Shown here: piece by piece, positions 59,901-64,000 of the stretch | How the letters are laid out: every line of letters begins with the position of its first letter | Position numbering within the stretch: position 1 is the first letter of the stretch | Source: Podarcis gaigeae | Lineage: Eukaryota | Reading direction: 5' to 3' (one strand) | Length of the DNA stretch: 64,000 nucleotides | Assembly: GCA_964106915.2 (NCBI GenBank) | Contig: OZ066921.1 | The notes under the pieces: model-generated | Database searches by the model: none | What the model was told of the DNA's origin: nothing | What the model saw: the letters and a program-made list of their open reading frames with translations, nothing else | Program-made: the position numbers and the translations under genes

Positions 59901-62245
59901 CTCTCCAGAATACATCAGCCCTCCCTCCATCTCCTTATTTTGTACTAGCCTCCTCAGCTTTCCTTTATCGCCTGCTCCATCCTACCCAATTCTCTGCTTG
60001 CTTTCAGAGATTTATCCCAGTAACTGATGGCTCAACACAAATGCTGCCCACATACATTATTCTATCAATTGTTGTCAAACAACAAACTAACCTGCACAGT
60101 CAATTCCTTCCAACTCTGGCTTACTGCTGATTCTCCTTCTTTAGACAACCCAGTTTTTACTGTGGCATACCATTGCCCTTGTTTTAATTGTAACCTACCC
60201 TGGACCTTAGGGGTGAAGGGTGAGAAAATATATATATATAATCCCAATGCCAGTTCTGAGAAGGGGCGGGCGGGCTCTTTACACGTGTACACAAGGAGGC
60301 ATGGTTACACCTGGTCTTTTTAAGGCTCAGAGGAGATTACTTTTTTAAAAAGCTGTGTTTCCCCTCTGCTCATTTTTGAAGAAGTTCAGGGCAGTGAAAA
60401 TGGGTTAAGTAGGTCAGCTCAAGGTTGATCAAGACCATCTCATGAGCTTCCTGGCTGATTTGTGCTTGGGTGATGCCCATATCCAAGAACAATCTGAGGG
60501 GCCACAAGCAAGACTGGTCCTCAGGTGCAGACCTCTGTGATCTACATGCCACAAGGTGCCCAGAATAGGTCACTTCGCCCTGCTACACCCCTACACAGAG
60601 GGAAAAGAGGCACACTCTGAAACTCTTCTTTCTTTCACAACATTTCTATACTGCTTGATAAAATCTCAAAGCAGTTTAAAGGTAAAGGTAAAGGGAACCC
60701 TGACCATTATATCCATTTGTGGCCGACTCTGGGGTTGCGGCGCTCATCTCGTTTTACTGGCTGAGGGAGCCGGCGTACAGCTTCTGGGTCATGTGGCCAG
60801 CATGACTAAGCAGCTTCTGGAGAACCAGAGCAGCACACGGAAATGCTGTTTACCTTCCCGCCGGAGTGGTACCTATTTATCTACTTGCACTTTTGATGTG
60901 CTTTCGAACTGCTACGTTGGCAGGAGCAGGGACTGAGCAACAGGAGCTCACCCATCGCGGGGATTCGAACCGCCGACCTTCTGATTGGCAAGTCCTAGGC
61001 TCTGTGGTTTAACCCACAGCGCCACCCGCGTCCCTTCAAAGCAGTTTAGAAACATAATAGAATGATCAGTAATAACAACAACAGGTAAAAGCAAATATTT
61101 AAAACATCCAAAAATAATAAATATCAACAATAAACTAAACCAGATTAAAACACATGACAGCTTCTACATGTCTGGAAAGACTGCCACTTGCCTGAACAAA
61201 AACATTCTTAGCAGGAAACCAAAAGGTGCACTGATGGCGCCTGCCCAATGTCAGTGAAACTCATTTATAGGTAACTTTTAAGGGCTCCTGCCTTCAGAAG
61301 CCCGTTTCTCCCGCAATTGTAACACCCACCCAGAAATGAAGGAAGTGCCACTTAAAAGAGGGCCCTATTTATCACAGGGCCTTCGAATGAGCATTGCTAG
61401 AAAAGCAGGATGATTGCTCTTCCCCTCATGGTGATCCCACAAGCACGTCTGGATTAGCAGAGATCAGCAGGGGGATTGCCAATGACCACGTAAGACCCCA
61501 CCATGAAATTAATCTCTCTCTCTAAGCACCACAAGCTCAGGGTTTCCCAGATGCTGACTGGAACTTGGTTCAGAATGCAACACATATTTTATCTGCTGCT
61601 GCCACCCCCCCTCTCATTTGGCTGTTTTATTACTATTGTTTATTACTGATGTGACCTGCCTCAAATGCTTCCTCAGAAGTGGGAAGGCGACATAACAAAT
61701 CCTCTAATATATTTTTCCTCGGGAAAATATATTTATTGCTAAAAAATTAAAAGCCTTTGGAACTCACTGCCACAAGATGTGGCGATAGCCACTAAACTTA
61801 GTACCACAGTAGGGTCACCCATGGGGATGTCACAGAAACAGAAAGAAACACACACAGCAATTCTTGCTCCATCTCTGATGTTTGAACATGTCCCTCTTGA
61901 ATGTTTCCCAGAGGCACCTGTTTGGCTGCTGCAGGTGGAAATCAAGCACAGGGCTAGATTGAGTGTGAGTACAAAGAGGGATTAAAAGTAGGTTGTGGGG
62001 TAACTGCAGCACTGTAAGTAATCACAAGTAAACAGAAAGGGGCCATGGGCCTGCCAGTTTGGTGGTGAGTTTTTTTTCCACAGGCATTGTTCTGCTCTCT
62101 GCCATTGGCTGTGCGACATGGCTGGTTTTGCAGTCAGCTAGTTTTTAGTCCAAAAAGCTCCCACAACGTACCTCGTGTGTTGGTGGCCATGTCTGCCACT
62201 TTCTGGAAGGCATCCAGGAAGGCCACTGCAGCCAGGACAGTAGTC
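35366..62245 (-). CDS. MTSS2: MTSS2 (MTSS1L/ABBA; IMD/I-BAR domain, Ser-rich region, C-terminal WH2), spliced CDS of exons 3-15; 5'-partial because exons 1-2 are beyond the window end
   Basis: Exons encode TTVLAAVAFLDAFQKVADMATNTRGATRDIGSALTRMCMRHRSIETKLRQF..., HGEEVSPAASDLAMVLTRGLSLEHQKSSRDSLQYSSGYS and WH2 EDMLVAIRRGVRLRRTITNDRSAPRFL*. MTSS2-type residues (ELLG microexon, HGEEVSPAASDL) and position next to SF3B3 favour MTSS2 over MTSS1. Confidence 0.97.
36471..36636 (-). CDS. MTSS2: MTSS2 exon 14 (166 nt)
   Basis: atcag|CATGGG ... CAAG|gtatc; HGEEVSPAASDLAMVLTRG...SEDTIPSQ. Confidence 0.96.
37618..37794 (-). CDS. MTSS2: MTSS2 exon 13 (177 nt)
   Basis: tgcag|GATTGG ... AAG|gtata; DWSKASLYEQPVASTLQRRKDRVE...MSPASIAAK. 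Confidence 0.96.
39604..39678 (-). CDS. MTSS2: MTSS2 exon 12 (75 nt; possible in-frame extension to 39559)
   Basis: ggcag|AAGTCC ... TCG|gtcag; KSSSSASSEASETCQSVSECNSPTS. Confidence 0.94.
39782..39839 (+). repeat. (AG)n microsatellite, about 28 units; a (CT)n tract on the MTSS2 sense strand about 100 nt upstream of exon 12
   Basis: Direct sequence. Confidence 0.95.
41263..41477 (-). CDS. MTSS2: MTSS2 exon 11: long acceptor (41477) gives 215 nt, out of frame as assembled; internal acceptor (41389) gives an in-frame 127-nt form
   Basis: ctttag|CGGCGC or ccgcag|CCTGGC ... CAG|gtaag; LAQPVNANTRLSSVSSHDSGFISQDAMFSKPPSPMPSDLTSQ. Confidence 0.88.
42302..42399 (-). CDS. MTSS2: MTSS2 exon 10 (98 nt)
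   Basis: tgcag|GTGATC ... GCAG|gtagg; VIKDLKGSDYSWSYQTPPSSPSSSGSRKSSMC. Confidence 0.96.
43223..43330 (-). CDS. MTSS2: MTSS2 exon 9 (108 nt)
   Basis: tgcag|AATGGA ... CAG|gtggg; NGEITMLGEITHLQGIIDDLVVLTADPHKLPSASEQ. Confidence 0.96.
44374..44531 (-). CDS. MTSS2: MTSS2 exon 8 (158 nt)
   Basis: ttcag|GTAAAG ... GTG|gtagg; GKGDLQPQLDNALQDVNDMYLLLEETEKQAVRKALIEERGRFCTFIAYLQPVV. Confidence 0.96.
48215..48435. mobile_element. hAT-superfamily MITE (about 220 bp)
   Basis: Imperfect TIRs CAGTGGTATCCAAA / TTTGGACATGCCTG; perfect 8-bp TSD CCATAAGC (48207-48214, 48436-48443). Confidence 0.82.
48813..48948. mobile_element. Palindromic hAT MITE, same family as 9067-9199
   Basis: TIRs CAGGCACAGGCAAAC / GTTTGCCTATGCCTG; perfect 8-bp TSD CAATACAT (48805-48812, 48949-48956). 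Confidence 0.9.
49939..49947 (-). CDS. MTSS2: MTSS2 exon 7, 9-nt microexon AGCTACTTG (inserts ELL in the I-BAR domain)
   Basis: About 60-nt pyrimidine tract + cctgtag|AGCTACTTG|gtaagt (consensus donor); symmetric phase 1; yields ARK-ELL-GKGDLQ, as recalled for human MTSS2. Confidence 0.9.
51554..51628 (-). CDS. MTSS2: MTSS2 exon 6 (75 nt)
   Basis: cttag|AATAC ... AAAG|gtaag; YKRARHEIKKKSSDTLKLQKKARK. Confidence 0.96.
51893..51984 (-). CDS. MTSS2: MTSS2 exon 5 (92 nt)
   Basis: tgcag|CGCCC ... AAAG|gtaaa; ALMESLINPLQDRIEDWKKTANQLDKDHAK. Confidence 0.96.
52295..52379 (-). CDS. MTSS2: MTSS2 exon 4 (85 nt)
   Basis: ctcag|GAGCC ... CCAA|gtaag; ATRDIGSALTRMCMRHRSIETKLRQFT. Confidence 0.96.
53955..54228 (+). 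mobile_element. RTE-clade LINE 3' fragment with degenerate C-terminal zinc-finger motif and (AAG)n tail
   Basis: RPHYGRTCGSRIGLHSHLRTH (eroded CxxCGR.C.SRIGLxSHxRxH), short 3' UTR, ends AAGAAGAAGAA. Confidence 0.8.
56929..56964 (+). repeat. (TG)n microsatellite
   Basis: Direct sequence. Confidence 0.95.
60679..61034 (-). mobile_element. Sauria SINE, full length, in MTSS2 intron 3
   Basis: Minus strand GGGACGCGGGTGGCGCTGTGGGTTAAACC...GGTTCGAATCC with TTTACCTTTACCTTT tail; 13-bp TSD TCAAAGCAGTTTA (60666-60678, 61036-61048). Confidence 0.93.
62172..62245 (-). CDS. MTSS2: MTSS2 exon 3 (74 nt)
   Basis: tttag|GACTAC ... CGAG|gtacg; TTVLAAVAFLDAFQKVADMATNTR. Confidence 0.96.
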
Positions 62246-64000
62246 CTAAAATATAAGGACAGAGAGAGAGAGAGAGAGCTCAGAGGATTGGCGGTCTTCA
62301 CGCAGGAACAGCACAAGCCATTTTGCCATCTCAAAGGGCTGGGTGGGTGCAACAAGTGAGTCGGCCTCATCTCATCCCTTCACGGCCAGACCTGCATTAT
62401 TAACACTTAGGCCTAAACCTGCAATGCTGCCAAGACTCAGGTAATCAGAGGTCAAAAGTACAACTGGGCTAATAATTCTGAGAAAACCGAATCTTGTTTG
62501 CTTCTAAAATCTTGAGGACATCCAGTGCCTCTTGCACAACTCTCCTCAGTTACCCTATTTAACAAATGATTTAAAGCCCACACTGTCAGCCTGTGGTCTG
62601 GAGAACTCTTGAAATTCCTCTGAAGCTTATCAGGGTCCCTGAGAGGCAGAGCGGTCCAGAAAGACTATGGGCTGACCACAGCTGACCTTCTACCAACATC
62701 ACACCCCCCCCCTTGCATGTACCTACCTTGCAAAGGAGCACATGGTGTGTTTCAGTGCACACTGTGTGTTTCAGCGCATACTCTGGGCTCTATGGACACA
62801 GGCTGGCTATAAGGCCAAGACAGCCAAGCTAGCAACCTGGGGATTCCATGTGCCAAACGGCTCAGAGGCATGGAGAGAGTCCCATGACACATCCATGTGC
62901 ACTGATGTTAAAAAGCCTGCATGTGACGGATCCTTACCCTAACTTCTAGGCCAAGCCAAACACCACACACCTGTCTTAGGTAGATCTTAAAGAACCAATC
63001 ACAGCAATCACTATCAGGTGCCTTGCCCCCAGGAAATTGGGAGGGTAGGGGGAAAACCTACAATTTTCTTTTTGTGGGGGATGGGCAGCATTTATCTCAA
63101 GAACGAACTTAACCAGCTCAAATAGACTCTATGCCAGCACCAATGTTTCCTCAGCTTTCCAGTTTTCTTGGAACTATATTGCCTGCCCTGTTTTTGTTTC
63201 AGCTTCCTTCCTTCCCTCCTTATTCTTGTCTTTCCCCCTTAGGCCTCCCTTTCCTTGAGTTTCTCTCTGACGTCCTGCTGCCTTTGGCCACCTCAGGGCT
63301 GGCTCCTTGCCCTGCAGTCTGCCAACCTCTTCTTTACACATCATCTGGCCTCTGTGTTTAGCAGCAGCACTTGGAAACCGGGTGGGCTGTTCATGGCTGC
63401 GAGGACTTTGCACTCCCTGCTCTCCCCAGTCTGAGCAACATAGGAAGCTGCTGCAATACCGAATCAGACTGCTAGGTCTATCTGGTGCAGCATTATGAAC
63501 ACTGTCTGGCAGCCAAGGGTTTCCAGGGTTTCAGACACAGACCATTCCCAGCCCTACCTAGAGCTGCCAGTAGAAAATTGAGCCTCAAACAGTTTGCATG
63601 CCAAGTAACCGGGATAGTGACAGGGCCTTTTCAGTGGTGGTTCCCTGGCTGTGGAGTAGCTGACAAAATACTGTTTCAAGTAACTCTAAGATCACTGGAT
63701 GGAATAATGTTTTTAGCTGCTTCTAGAATTTTTTTTATAATTTAACTGCAACTGATTTTAGATGTTTTTAATTGTAGTTGTTTTTACAATGCTTTAAACA
63801 GATTTAAAATGTTTCCTTTTTTATTTTCTTTCTTTATTTTAAATGATACATGTGTTTGCTGCCCTGGGTTTCTTGGAGAGGAAAGGAGGGATATAAATCC
63901 AACCAATCAATTAATTAATTAAAACAGAGGAGGCTCTTCCCAAAGAAAGGCTTTAAGCGCCAAGTTTGTCCAGCCTCCCCTTCTACTTATGGGTTGGCCT

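Overview
Vertebrate genomic DNA, very likely a squamate reptile and plausibly a lacertid lizard (two intact Sauria SINEs with (ACCTTT)n tails, squamate-type hAT MITEs, CR1/RTE/L1 fragments). Two convergent protein-coding genes fill the window. On the + strand is SF3B3 (splicing factor 3b subunit 3, SAP130): coding exons 4-26 (2021-28870), all GT-AG with phases that join into one open frame, and a poly(A) signal at 29407. It hosts two SNORD111-family C/D snoRNAs, in introns 3 and 6. On the - strand is MTSS2 (MTSS1L/ABBA, I-BAR + WH2 protein): exons 3-15 (62245-35366), including a 9-nt microexon, and an approximately 3.7-kb 3' UTR ending near 31650. The 5' exons of both genes lie outside the window. 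Exon numbers follow the human genes as I recall them. Main points of interest: (1) only about 2.2 kb separates the two 3' ends, where human has IL34, so IL34 appears lost or relocated; (2) two similar strong cryptic acceptors in SF3B3 intron 11 each open into a premature stop (candidate poison exons); (3) MTSS2 shows several alternative-splicing signals: the microexon, an in-frame 45-nt donor extension resembling MTSS1, a candidate 48-nt cassette exon, and a long exon-11 form frameshifted at a C11 homopolymer; (4) overlapping miRNA seed sites abut the MTSS2 poly(A) signal. I found no evidence of a wholly new biological system; all homology statements are from memory, not from database searches.
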